From assembly GCA_050117845.1 (NCBI GenBank), contig JASFLY010000026.1, forward strand, positions 1 through 35,784: a DNA stretch of 35,784 nucleotides, written 5' to 3'. Numbering within the stretch: position 1 is the stretch's first letter; each line of letters starts with the position of its first letter. The position numbers and the translations under genes are program-made. Shown here in pieces: positions 25,614 through 35,037 of the stretch. This DNA comes from Candidatus Zixiibacteriota bacterium. Lineage in GTDB: Bacteria > RBG-13-66-14 > B26-G2 > WVWN01. Below the pieces are notes generated by a model, which saw nothing but the letters and a program-made list of their open reading frames with translations, made no database searches and was not told the DNA's origin.

Positions 25614-26018
25614 CTACCTCACGTAGAACGGGAATACGATGTTAAGCGGCACGTTCGAATCGATCAGCTTGAAGAACGCGAGTACGTCGAACCGGTTGCC
25701 GTCGTAGGACCGGACGTACACGTCGGAGATCTCGCCGACCCGCGGCTCGAGCGCCAGCGCCTGCTTCACCGTGCGGACGGCCCTCGCCCACGTCACGTCG
25801 TCGTTCTCCTCGCCGACGAGGTCCGGCAGCTTCGAGCCGTAATCCGGGTGCCGGCAGCTCTCGCCCAGCGCCGTCGAGATCCGCCGGATGATCGCTTCCT
25901 TGACGTTGTCGGCGCCGGCGATCGTCAGCACCTGGCCGCTCGGCGATAGAACCAGGTCCCCCGACGCGTCGAACGCGAAGTCAATGCCGTACAGGTCGCG
26001 CGGCAAGTCCCTAGTCAA
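25614..26018 (-). CDS. Baseplate wedge gpW/gp25-family protein
   Basis: G.DNV.EAI.RR..T..GE...HPDYGS.L..L.G and AL..EPRV. Confidence 0.82.
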   Translation of the reverse strand: MTRDLPRDLYGIDFAFDASGDLVLSPSGQVLTIAGADNVKEAIIRRISTALGESCRHPDYGSKLPDLVGEENDDVTWARAVRTVKQALALEPRVGEISDVYVRSYDGNRFDVLAFFKLIDSNVPLNIVFPFYVR

Positions 26019-26430
26019 CGAGCTTCACCTTCCCCGTGCCTTCGTCGATGACGACCGTGTGGCTGTGCGGCCCGTGGTCGCCGACCACCGCTTCCGAACA
26101 ACTGCACGCGTCGCCCTTCCGGGCCGCTTCCTTGCCGTCCGAGGGGACCGCGTCCACGGCGTTGAACATCCGGGCGACGACGATCTGCTCGCCGGCAGCC
26201 GTAACCACCAGCACCTCGTCGCCCGCCTCCGGCAGCACGACGTCGGCCCAGGCGAACAGCGGCGCCGCCACGCGGAGCCAGTCGGTCTCGATCCCCGACG
26301 GCTGCAGGCGGACGCGGACGCGGAACGCGCCCTGGTCGGCCCCCAGGACCTCGCCGAGTTGCGCCGGCGGGCAGGCCGCGGCCGCGGCGCCCCGGGCGAT
26401 ATCCTGGACCTCGTCGACGATACCCGCCAT
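26011..26430 (-). CDS. Baseplate spike (gpV-like)
   Basis: OB-fold motifs RVRVRL...ETDWL and LPEAGDEVLV; C-terminal AARKGD...H..H.H metal-binding tip. Confidence 0.75.
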   Translation of the reverse strand: MAGIVDEVQDIARGAAAAACPPAQLGEVLGADQGAFRVRVRLQPSGIETDWLRVAAPLFAWADVVLPEAGDEVLVVTAAGEQIVVARMFNAVDAVPSDGKEAARKGDACSCSEAVVGDHGPHSHTVVIDEGTGKVKLVD

Positions 26431-27498
26431 CTACTTCTCCTTCCCCTCCACCCGGAACTCCTCTATCGGCAGCACGGCCTTGACTTCGGTGGTCCCGCCG
26501 CCGCCCTTGGAGATGTGGTGCGTGACCTCGTTGACGTAGTACGCCCGGGCGAGGGGCCCTAACGGATCCGGGTCGCCGGCGTACTCGACGATGACCTGGT
26601 GCTCGGGCATATAGATGGGATTGAAGGCGATCGACGCTTCGACCTCGACCGCGTCGCGCGACAGCTCCTCGTATATGGCCTTCGCCCTGGCCTTCGCCTC
26701 CGCGGTCGTCCGCACCTCCGGTAGCTTGTAAACCCGCTCCTGCGCCCCCTCCTCGGCCTTCTCCGGGTACTTGCCGACGATGCTCGTCTTCTTCTCGTCC
26801 CACGAGCGGACCTCGACCGCGTACTTCCTCGTCAGGTCCTTCTTTATCGTGAGCCGCTCGGCGCCGGCGCGGAACACGATCGGCGGCAGCATCTCCTTCG
26901 TGGTCCGGGGGCCGACGTATATCTCCTTCGTACCGGGTTTGACGAACGCGATGCCGCCCATCTTCCGCGACAGCATCTCGACGACGTCCCACTCGGTCAC
27001 GTCGTCCTCGACGAACGCCTTCGTCGCGCCGCCGGAGCCCTTCAGGTCCAGCGTCAGGCCCCGCGCCTCCACCATCTCCCGCACGTGGGAGGCCGCCGGC
27101 CGCTTTGGGAAACGGGCCGCCACCCGGGCGTCCAGGAGGAGCGCCGTCATATCCCGGCCGCCGAGTCTTATCGTTTCCCCGTCCCGAGAGAACCCGAACT
27201 CCACGTCGTCGACCACGCCGTGCATCATCTTCACGAGGTCACCATCGCCGTACGCCTCGTCGCCGACGTTCCCCATCCAGATCTCGACCTCGGACTTCGG
27301 CCGGCCCGTCTTCTTGTCATCCGTCCGCTCGTGGAACTCCCCGGTGAACCTGGCGCCGTCGTTCGGGATGACGATCGAAAACGTGTCGGCCTCGGCCCGG
27401 GCGATGATCGTCACCGTCAGGTCGTCGAACGTACGCAGCCGCTCGCCGTCGAGTTTCACCACGGCCCGGGGCCTCCGGGATTTGTCGGTCATCGCCAC
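26431..27498 (-). CDS. Baseplate hub (gpD/XkdQ-like)
   Basis: ADTFSI, GVVDDVE, GRD.TALLLD and YYV.EVTH; lies between the LysM protein and the spike. Confidence 0.78.
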   Translation of the reverse strand: MAMTDKSRRPRAVVKLDGERLRTFDDLTVTIIARAEADTFSIVIPNDGARFTGEFHERTDDKKTGRPKSEVEIWMGNVGDEAYGDGDLVKMMHGVVDDVEFGFSRDGETIRLGGRDMTALLLDARVAARFPKRPAASHVREMVEARGLTLDLKGSGGATKAFVEDDVTEWDVVEMLSRKMGGIAFVKPGTKEIYVGPRTTKEMLPPIVFRAGAERLTIKKDLTRKYAVEVRSWDEKKTSIVGKYPEKAEEGAQERVYKLPEVRTTAEAKARAKAIYEELSRDAVEVEASIAFNPIYMPEHQVIVEYAGDPDPLGPLARAYYVNEVTHHISKGGGGTTEVKAVLPIEEFRVEGKEK

Positions 27499-27499
27499 G

Positions 27500-28891
27500 C
27501 TAAGCCATGTCTCCCGTATTACCGAAAACCGTGTCCCGGTTGTAATCCTGGGCCCACGGCACGCGCTCGTTGAACGACCCGGCCGTGCCGAACCCCAGGT
27601 TGACCATCGACGCGATGTCGGGCCCGATCTGGTAGTACCCGCCGATGTACTTCTGCGCGTGCCGGCGCCGCGACTGCTTCCACCACGTGCGCCGCCGCTC
27701 CAGGAACCAGTCCCAGAAGTTGTCGAAGGAGTAAATGCCGAACGCCGTCTCGACCTCTCCCTCGACCTTCGGGATTACCAGCTTCTGGCCGGCGACCAGG
27801 TCGAACGACGCCAGGCGGTTCCGCCGGGCGACCGCCGACCAGTAGTCCGCCGTGCCGTAGTACTTCACCGACACGTCGCGCAGCGTCTCGCCGTCGATGA
27901 CGACGTGCGCCGGGACGTTCATGTCGGCACCCTGCTCCACCCTGGCCAGCGTGCGGTCCAGGATGTCGAGTTCGATCCGCATCCCGCGGAGCGCCTTGCG
28001 GGCCCGGCCGAACGCGCGCTTCGCCTTCAGGTCCTCGGCCCGGGGGCTGGAGAACACGGGATCCGACGAGCCGCCGCTGCCGCCCGGGCCGGCGTTCCGG
28101 TTCGGGTCCTTGCTGCCGCCGCCGTACGTTTCCTCGAGTTCGGTGAACCGATCGACCGTCTCGACCAGGTCCTCCTTGACCTCGGCCGCGGCCCCCCGCA
28201 CGTACGCCGCGAGATCCCCCGGCATTTCGAGGATGTCCACGAACGCCCCACCGATGTCGTTCATCATGTCGGTGACCGCCATCACGCCGTCGACGACGTC
28301 CGTTATCCGGCTTATCAGGTTCTGCATCTTCCCCTTGAACCCGTTGACGGAATCCAGCACGTCGTTCAAGAGCGCGAGCAACCCGCCGGCCTTCCACTCC
28401 GGCCACACGACGACCTCGGCCTTGAACTGGCTCGAGACGTCGTCGAACTCGACCAGCTCCATGTCGTACCAGAACTCGGTGAGCGAGCGGATCCGCCACC
28501 GGATGTCCCGAACGGCGACGATCTTGTTGATCGGCCCGTACACGAGCGTGAAGACCACGCCGTCGCGCTTCCACCGCTCGAACATCTCGTAGTCGGTGTA
28601 GGCCTCCGCGCCCTTGAGGACGCCGTGCATGCCGAGGCGCTGCTCGCCGGGCCCCATGAACTGGTAGATGGGCTTCGCGCCCGGGGCCTCGCGGGCGACG
28701 TACACGCCCTCGCCGGCGGGTTCGAGCGCGTCCTCCGGAAGGATGGCGAACTCGTACTCGTCGCCCTCCTCGGGGATGAGGATAACGCGGGGCGCCTGGG
28801 TCTTCTTCTCGTCGTCCAGGTGGTCGAGGACCGACTCGCCCAAACCCAGCAGCGAACCCACCGCGCTCTCGATGTCTCCTAAACCGGCCAT
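27500..28891 (-). CDS. Tail-tube initiator/gpU-like protein fused to a LysM domain
   Basis: N-terminal PGAKPIYQFMGP..., a helical middle region, and LysM HVVIDGETLRDVSVKYYG....W.AVAR.N......L.AGQKL.IP. Confidence 0.72.
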   Translation of the reverse strand: MAGLGDIESAVGSLLGLGESVLDHLDDEKKTQAPRVILIPEEGDEYEFAILPEDALEPAGEGVYVAREAPGAKPIYQFMGPGEQRLGMHGVLKGAEAYTDYEMFERWKRDGVVFTLVYGPINKIVAVRDIRWRIRSLTEFWYDMELVEFDDVSSQFKAEVVVWPEWKAGGLLALLNDVLDSVNGFKGKMQNLISRITDVVDGVMAVTDMMNDIGGAFVDILEMPGDLAAYVRGAAAEVKEDLVETVDRFTELEETYGGGSKDPNRNAGPGGSGGSSDPVFSSPRAEDLKAKRAFGRARKALRGMRIELDILDRTLARVEQGADMNVPAHVVIDGETLRDVSVKYYGTADYWSAVARRNRLASFDLVAGQKLVIPKVEGEVETAFGIYSFDNFWDWFLERRRTWWKQSRRRHAQKYIGGYYQIGPDIASMVNLGFGTAGSFNERVPWAQDYNRDTVFGNTGDMA

Positions 28892-28895
28892 ACGC

Positions 28896-30722
28896 CTATG
28901 GGGACTTCCTTTTCCCCGTCCGCCGCGCTTGTTTCTTAAGCTCGCTCGCCAACGCCGCGCCGTCCTTAGCCTGCGTATTGACGTTGTTGATATTGATCGT
29001 AAGGTTCTCCGTTTTACTGACTTCCTTGGCCTTCTCCTCGCGCACCTGTTCAGTCCGGAACGTTTCAGTCAAATAAACATCCCGCCACGCTTTTCGCGAT
29101 TCTTCGGACACCCCCCACGACCCCGCGAGTGGGTTCCAGGCCTTGCCGGTCTCCCACGCCGCCTTCCCGAACATCTTCGTCCGCTCTCCGAACCCCGCGA
29201 CGTATTCCTTGCCGAACAACCCCTTTTGCGCTTTCTTCAGAATGAAGTCGTCCACGGCGACTTTACCCGCCATAAGACCGGTGGCCAGGCCGAACAGGCC
29301 GGCCTTGCCAAGGAACCCGCTTTTGGCCGCCGTCCCGGCCGCGCCCGTCGCGACGCCGCCTCCCTCCATCGCCGCCGGGTTTGTTTCGAACACGCGGGTG
29401 GCGCCGGCGGCGCCTATCCCCTTCGCCATCTTGTACTGCATCAGCGCGCCGTAACCGGTCATCAGAGGCCCGGCGACCGACCCGGCGACGCCCCCGACGG
29501 CCATGCCGCCGGCGACGAGGTCCTTCGCCCAGTCGGGCATCCCGTCCAGGGCCGCGACGAGTTCAGTTAACGATTTCACCGCCCAATCGACCGAGGCGCT
29601 GTCATCCATCAGCGACGCCGTAAAAAAATTCCACGATTTGGCGAGTTTCTCCAGCTTGGCGCCGCTCGTCCGCTCGTACGCCTGGGCCATGTCGTGCGCC
29701 ATGCCCTTGTTCTTCTTCATGGCCTCGGTGTTGGCGTCGATCGCGTCGCCCATCGTCCACAGCGCGACGATGGCTCGCTTGCCCTCGTCGCCGAACGTCT
29801 CCTGGAGCTTCTTCTGGAGTTCCGTGTTGCCGGCGATGTTCTCGCCGTACTTCTTGCGGAGTTCCTCCATCGTCCCCGCGAAGTCGTACGTGCCGTCGGC
29901 GTTCCGCTTGATCGTGATGCCGAGCTTGTCCTCGACCTCCAGCATCTGCCGCATCGTCGCCGCGAACGCCGTGCCGGCCCGGCCGCCCTCGATCCCGGCG
30001 TTGTGGAGCGCGCCCAAGACCGCGACACCCTCCTCGACCTCCATGTTCCATTCCTTCATCGTCGGCGCCGCGTAAGACATCGACTCCGCGATGGCCGGGC
30101 CGGTCATCATGTACTTCTTCGTCGCGTAGGCGAAGATGTCCGCGACGTGCTCCATCTTCTCGCCGTCGGTTTCGAACTGGTCGAGCTGATCGCCGAAGTT
30201 GTTGATGACCGTGCCGAACAGCTTCGACGTCTCCGACAGCTCGCCCCGCATCGCGATGTTGCCCTCGATGACGTGGTCCATACCGTCCGCCACCGTGTCG
30301 TACGCGATGCCGGACGAGAGCATTTGGTACATGCCCTCGGAGATGTCCTCGAAGCTACCGCGGTGGGCGACCGCCAACTCCTCGACGCGCTCGCGCGCCT
30401 TGTCCTCCATCGCCAGCCACTCGGCGTAGGTCCCGGTCGCGACGGTGCCGACGCCCGCCAGCGACTCCTCGATTTGCTTGTTGGCGTCGATGAGTTTCAC
30501 CGCCGCCACGGACGCGCCGGCGCCGATCGCGGTGATGCCGGCGCCGATCTTCATCATCCGGCCGTACCGCTCGAGCTGGCGGAGTTGGCCCTGGAGGCCG
30601 GCGAGCTTCCGTTTGGCCTCGTCGGTGTCGCCCTTCACCCGGCGCATCTCGCCCTTGAGGAGGTTCTTCGCCTCCAGGACAACGCCGAGTTGGAACCCGC
30701 GCGTTCCGCCGAACCCGAACAT
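28896..30722 (-). CDS. Tail tape measure protein (TP901-type core)
   Basis: Ala/Gly-rich and helical. GMYQMLSSG, ADIFA, ESMSYAAP and LG.LHNAGI.G.RAGTA motifs. Follows the chaperone genes. Confidence 0.9.
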   Translation of the reverse strand: MFGFGGTRGFQLGVVLEAKNLLKGEMRRVKGDTDEAKRKLAGLQGQLRQLERYGRMMKIGAGITAIGAGASVAAVKLIDANKQIEESLAGVGTVATGTYAEWLAMEDKARERVEELAVAHRGSFEDISEGMYQMLSSGIAYDTVADGMDHVIEGNIAMRGELSETSKLFGTVINNFGDQLDQFETDGEKMEHVADIFAYATKKYMMTGPAIAESMSYAAPTMKEWNMEVEEGVAVLGALHNAGIEGGRAGTAFAATMRQMLEVEDKLGITIKRNADGTYDFAGTMEELRKKYGENIAGNTELQKKLQETFGDEGKRAIVALWTMGDAIDANTEAMKKNKGMAHDMAQAYERTSGAKLEKLAKSWNFFTASLMDDSASVDWAVKSLTELVAALDGMPDWAKDLVAGGMAVGGVAGSVAGPLMTGYGALMQYKMAKGIGAAGATRVFETNPAAMEGGGVATGAAGTAAKSGFLGKAGLFGLATGLMAGKVAVDDFILKKAQKGLFGKEYVAGFGERTKMFGKAAWETGKAWNPLAGSWGVSEESRKAWRDVYLTETFRTEQVREEKAKEVSKTENLTININNVNTQAKDGAALASELKKQARRTGKRKSP

Positions 30723-30859
30723 CAGCCGTCGCTTTCCATGTCGTTAATGATGTTGCGCCACCCGAGCAGCTCCACCGGGGACATCCGCACGATGGCGTCG
30801 TAAGGGAACCCGAACCGAATCAGTTTGGCGACGATTCGGTTGCGGGGGTCTCGAAAAAA
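30722..30859 (-). CDS. -1 frameshift extension of the tail assembly chaperone (gpGT-like)
   Basis: Slippery heptamer T TTT TTC at 30859-30853. The -1 frame reads FFRDPRNRIVAKLIRFGFPYDAIVRMSPVELLGW... to a TGA overlapping the tape-measure ATG. Confidence 0.75.
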   Translation of the reverse strand, partial: FFRDPRNRIVAKLIRFGFPYDAIVRMSPVELLGWRNIINDMESDG

Positions 30860-31155
30860 TCCCGGATCTCCCGCGCCATCTTCGGCGTGAGGTCGTTGAG
30901 CCAACGCCAGTACCGCATCAGGTACGCGCCGTCTTGGCTCGCCAGGCCGATGATGTCCTCGGCCTCGAACGGCCCCTTCTTGCCGCCGAGTTCTTCGATC
31001 GTGCGGCCGATGAGGCCCCAGGGCCGGAGCGCTTCCTTCGCACCCTCTTCGGAGTAGTCCTCGTCGTTCTTAAACTCGTCGAGGAGCGTGGACCGGCGCA
31101 TTACGACCTTCTGTTTCGATACCGGTAGATTGAATTCGAACCGTTCCGTACTCAT
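30820..31155 (-). CDS. Tail assembly chaperone (gpG-like)
   Basis: 111 aa between the tube and tape measure genes; contains the slippery site near its 3' end. Confidence 0.78.
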   Translation of the reverse strand: MSTERFEFNLPVSKQKVVMRRSTLLDEFKNDEDYSEEGAKEALRPWGLIGRTIEELGGKKGPFEAEDIIGLASQDGAYLMRYWRWLNDLTPKMAREIRDFFETPATESSPN

Positions 31156-31183
31156 GCGTCACCTCGTCTCGTCGTGTGGCCTA

Positions 31184-31618
31184 CTACTTGATTTCGTTCT
31201 CCCACTTCTCACCGACCCAGTCGAACGTCTGGTCGACGATCTCGCCGGCGCGGATCTGCTCGCTTACCTTGTGGAACAGCACGTCGCCGTACGTGTCGGT
31301 ACCTTTCGTACCGTCGAAGTAGGTCTTCGTTATCGTCAGGATGTACCGGGGCGCGTTCTGTGGATCCTGGCCCCGCTGCACCTGGTACTGGCCCCAGATG
31401 ATCCGGGCCATCGTCTCGTCGATCTTTCCCTGCGAGAGGCTCCCGCTGAACTTCTTGGTCGCCTCCAGGTTAAGGGGAACCTCTTCGCCGATGGCGACGT
31501 ATTCCTTCACGTCGATCTCGCGCGTGTGCGAGGCCTCGGTGAACTCGCCGACGGCCTCCGGACCGTAGGGCCCCTGGATTTTGACCTTGACGTGCTTGCT
31601 AAGAATGGGGTGCTTCAT
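31184..31618 (-). CDS. Tail tube protein
   Basis: 144 aa, beta-rich, immediately after the sheath gene. Confidence 0.75.
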   Translation of the reverse strand: MKHPILSKHVKVKIQGPYGPEAVGEFTEASHTREIDVKEYVAIGEEVPLNLEATKKFSGSLSQGKIDETMARIIWGQYQVQRGQDPQNAPRYILTITKTYFDGTKGTDTYGDVLFHKVSEQIRAGEIVDQTFDWVGEKWENEIK

Positions 31619-31674
31619 CGATATCCACCGTCCTCAACGGAGTGAAGGAAGGGGCGGGGGGACCGCCCTCGTCG

Positions 31675-33153
31675 CTAACTGATCGTTACCTCGCCGGTCG
31701 TGAGCAGCTTCTCGACCTCGAAGATCACGAAGTCGGCCGGCTCCTGGAACTTGATGCCAAGCTTGCCGACGCATTTGTTCTGGTTGACGATGTCCTCCGG
31801 GTTGGTCTCCTCGTCGCATTTGAACCAGTAATCGGAGATCTCGCGCTCCCGCTTCATCGGGTCGAGGAGCGTCGCCACGGATTTGCGGAGCGGCGACCAG
31901 AGATCCTCCTCGTTATTGTTCTCCGATATCGCCCACTGCGTGCCCTCGTAGATCGACTCCTCGATCTGGTCGGCCTTACGCCGGTGGGCGCCCTGCTGCC
32001 ACCGCGTGTCGGTCGTTAAGGCGTGGTCGCACCGGAAACGGTAGCCGCGGCCGCGCATCTTGGTGACCGGCGTGATCTGGTTCGCGAAGAGGTCCGCGAC
32101 CTCGGCCCGCGTCAGGTCGCGCTCGAGGCCGACGATCCCCTGGACTTCCTTGTTCGAAAGCGACTTGTGCGCCTGGATAACCGAGAGCCGCCCGGCCGCG
32201 AACGCCGCCGGCGCAAGCGTGACGTTCTCGCCCGACCACTCGTCGAATATCTTGATCCACGGGTAATAGAGGCGGGCCCGGGCGCTGTTGTAGTTCAGCC
32301 GGGCCGCCTTGACGGCGTTCACCGACTGGTTCTTCGCCGGGTTGAGGCAGACGATACGGTCGCCCATCGTCTCCGCGTGTTCGATGAGACCGCCGTTCAG
32401 CGTCTGGACGTCCGAGTCGCCCTCCAGGCCGGAACCGGCGATGACGATCGAAACCTCGTCCACCGTCTCCATCAGCTTCAGCCCCGTCCGGTCGCCCGTC
32501 GTGCCGTTCACCGTCCCGATATAGTCCGCGGGCGTGAGAGCGGCGCCGTCGTTCCCGCCGGCGAAGTTGGTCTCAGCGAGCGGGGCCGGATTGGTCGTCG
32601 GCGTCCCTACGGCCGAGGCGGTAACCTCGAGTTGCGAGTTCTTGTTTACGTAGTCGACGAGGTAATTACCGGCCGTCGTGTCGGCCATCTGGACCGCTTT
32701 GTGCTGCTCGACGGTATTCCCGAAGTAGAAGACGACGTTCACGGTCCCGGCCGCCACGGTGTTGTCTACGATCTCCACGGAGAACTCGTCGCCCAGCACC
32801 CCCTCGTACGGCGCTTCGAACTTAACGACGTCGACGGCCGTGCTGTCCTGGCAGGTGATCGAGGATTTCACGGCGCCCTCGCCGACGACGCGGATGAACC
32901 GGAACGCCCGGGCGCCCTGCTTGAGCGCCCCGAGGAACGCGAACGGCCCCTTGTGCGTGGTACTCGGCGTCCCGAACTTCTTGACGCCGGCGGTCAAATC
33001 CCCGACCGTCGTCGACTCGTTCACGGGCCCCCAGGGAAACGCGTCAACGAGGCCGACTATCCCCGTCGGCACGGCCTTGATCACCCGGGGTCCGGTCTCG
33101 AGTTCCCAGATGTAGACGTCCGGGACGTCGAGGTACGTGGATCGGTTTATCAT
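31675..33153 (-). CDS. Contractile tail sheath protein
   Basis: PDVYIWE, WGPVN, GGNDG, RTGL, HAE...DR, YYPWI, SLSNK, WAISENN, CDEETN and PADFVIF motifs. Confidence 0.93.
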   Translation of the reverse strand: MINRSTYLDVPDVYIWELETGPRVIKAVPTGIVGLVDAFPWGPVNESTTVGDLTAGVKKFGTPSTTHKGPFAFLGALKQGARAFRFIRVVGEGAVKSSITCQDSTAVDVVKFEAPYEGVLGDEFSVEIVDNTVAAGTVNVVFYFGNTVEQHKAVQMADTTAGNYLVDYVNKNSQLEVTASAVGTPTTNPAPLAETNFAGGNDGAALTPADYIGTVNGTTGDRTGLKLMETVDEVSIVIAGSGLEGDSDVQTLNGGLIEHAETMGDRIVCLNPAKNQSVNAVKAARLNYNSARARLYYPWIKIFDEWSGENVTLAPAAFAAGRLSVIQAHKSLSNKEVQGIVGLERDLTRAEVADLFANQITPVTKMRGRGYRFRCDHALTTDTRWQQGAHRRKADQIEESIYEGTQWAISENNNEEDLWSPLRKSVATLLDPMKREREISDYWFKCDEETNPEDIVNQNKCVGKLGIKFQEPADFVIFEVEKLLTTGEVTIS

Positions 33154-33158
33154 CTCCG

Positions 33159-33737
33159 TTAGCCTCCTTCGTCGTAATCCCCGAGCGTTATCTCGACGCC
33201 CGCGGACGGCTTTTGCGTGGTGACGTCCTCAAGCTCCTGGCCCTCGACGGTCAGGGTTAGAATGTAGACGTAGAAATCGTCTTCCGGCTCCACGTTCCGG
33301 CCGGCGACGGACATTATCCATATGCTGTTGCCCGTGGTCGTGTCGCCCACGACGCACGGGATGATCTCGTTGTCCTCGAAGTAGCGCTCGAGCCGCCGCG
33401 CCAACAGCCGCTTCCAGCGCCGGCGCCGGGCGTACACGCGGCACTCGACGCTGAAGATCCGCTTGTCGGCAACGACCAGGTCGGTATTGGACGTCGTGTC
33501 GCTCTCGCGCAGGTACAACTCGCCCTCGACGAACCGGGGGCTCGGCTGGTCGGAGACGATTTCCAACGCGACTGCCGCGGACGTGTCGCCGTCCTCGACG
33601 CGTTGTATATAACGCGGGTCCGGATCCTCGACGTGGACGTCGGCCTCCGTAATGAACGGGAACTCGGGAACCACGTCCTCCAGGACCCGCGTCCGCAGCG
33701 TCAACAGCAACTCTTCCTGATAATCCTCGGCTGTCAT
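33159..33737 (-). CDS. Probable tail terminator/completion protein
   Basis: 192-aa acidic protein directly upstream of the sheath; call is based on synteny only. Confidence 0.55.
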   Translation of the reverse strand: MTAEDYQEELLLTLRTRVLEDVVPEFPFITEADVHVEDPDPRYIQRVEDGDTSAAVALEIVSDQPSPRFVEGELYLRESDTTSNTDLVVADKRIFSVECRVYARRRRWKRLLARRLERYFEDNEIIPCVVGDTTTGNSIWIMSVAGRNVEPEDDFYVYILTLTVEGQELEDVTTQKPSAGVEITLGDYDEGG

Positions 33738-33795
33738 AAGAAAGAATTCGGCCTATTTCTTTCCTTTAAATCCTGGTTAAAAAAGGTTTCTTTCC

Positions 33796-34248
33796 TTACG
33801 ATCCCTGGACCGTCCTCTCGAACGCCTTCTCCCACCGCTCCAGGCATTTGTCCCGCACGCGCTCAAGCACGTCCCGGACGAAGTGGAACCGCTTCTCGTG
33901 GAACTCGGGCACGTTGAACCCCTTGGACGATTTATTCTTATTGACGTACCGCTGGACACCGACGATCGCCTTGAGAAGACCGACCACCCTACACGTGAAA
34001 GCACGCGAGAGTTGGCCGCTTTCGACCAAGGCTTGTTTCCTGCCCTTTTTCAATTTCCGGCGCCTCGTGGATTTAGCGAGTTTCGAGAACTTCACCTCGC
34101 CCCGCTGACTCAGGATGTGCCGCTTCATCTGACCAGCCGTGTATTCCCCGTTCCGGCGCGTCGCCCGGGCCATGTTCCGCTCGAGGCGATCGGAAAACGT
34201 CGCCACTTCTCGTTCGAACTTGTCCCAGTCGCCGTAGAACCCTTCCAC
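33796..34248 (-). CDS. Neck/virion morphogenesis protein (HK97 gp10-like)
   Basis: Basic 150-aa protein with KLAKST...K and ALVESGQL.RA (LxDTGxL-like). Confidence 0.65.
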   Translation of the reverse strand: MEGFYGDWDKFEREVATFSDRLERNMARATRRNGEYTAGQMKRHILSQRGEVKFSKLAKSTRRRKLKKGRKQALVESGQLSRAFTCRVVGLLKAIVGVQRYVNKNKSSKGFNVPEFHEKRFHFVRDVLERVRDKCLERWEKAFERTVQGS

Positions 34249-34302
34249 AGAATCGCCCCTGCCGGCCGCAAACGCGGTGAATAGCGGTGAAAGCTCCGGA
34301 CC

Positions 34303-35037
34303 CTATCCGTTATCCCCCCGGAGCCGGGCCTCGCTCCAGAAGTCGTCGTTTTCGGCCTCGACGAGGTACACTTCCAGGCCGGCCTTCTCGGCCAGCACGC
34401 GGATCGTTTTCTCGTCGAAGAAGTTGATATGCTCCGCGGCGTTCGTAGGGTCGAAGTGGATCCAGCCCGGGCCGTGGGCTTCCGGACGCCACGCCCGCAC
34501 GTTGGGCTTATAGTTGAACCACACGCCCTCCGGTTTGAGCATCTTCGCTATCTTCTGGACCGCAGGCACGGGTTCGACGATATGCTCGAGTACGTGGAAC
34601 GTCACCACGTAGTCGAACCGCGCCACCGGTGGCGGCACGCGCATTTCCTCGAACGGCATTACCTTCACGTCGAGGTCCCGGCAGCGCGCCGCCAGGGATT
34701 CCCCTACCTCGACGCCCCGCACGGTGAAGCCGAGTTCGTCCAGGCGGCGCAAGAGGTGACCGTTGCCGCAACCGACTTCCAGCAGTCGGCCGCGTTCCTT
34801 CTTGCCGAAGAACCGGTCGGCGTAGCTCCGGATGAGGTTCACCAACTCCGGCCGCTCGTACCCGCGGGCGTATTCCTCGTTGTAGATCGAGAAGATCTTG
34901 TCCTCGTCGTAGTACTCCTTGCCGTATACGAGGCCGCACGGGCACTCGAAAAGGTCGTACCCTTTGGCCGTCTTCGCGAAGTGCCTGGCCGCGTCGGCCG
35001 GCGCCCCGCAAAGGGGGCACTCATTACGAGTCCGCAT
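34303..35037 (-). CDS. Class I SAM-dependent methyltransferase with N-terminal Zn-ribbon
   Basis: CPLC...C.CGL, LLEVGCGNG, GVE, FDYVVTFHVLEH, LKPEG, PN and EHINFF motifs. Confidence 0.88.
   Translation of the reverse strand: MRTRNECPLCGAPADAARHFAKTAKGYDLFECPCGLVYGKEYYDEDKIFSIYNEEYARGYERPELVNLIRSYADRFFGKKERGRLLEVGCGNGHLLRRLDELGFTVRGVEVGESLAARCRDLDVKVMPFEEMRVPPPVARFDYVVTFHVLEHIVEPVPAVQKIAKMLKPEGVWFNYKPNVRAWRPEAHGPGWIHFDPTNAAEHINFFDEKTIRVLAEKAGLEVYLVEAENDDFWSEARLRGDNG

Noticed and set aside
21087..34248. Tailocin or extracellular contractile injection system instead of a prophage
   Set aside because: A neck gene, G/GT chaperone, TP901-type tape measure and att-like tRNA junction are present, and no eCIS AAA ATPase is seen. 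Not fully excluded, because head genes are outside the window.
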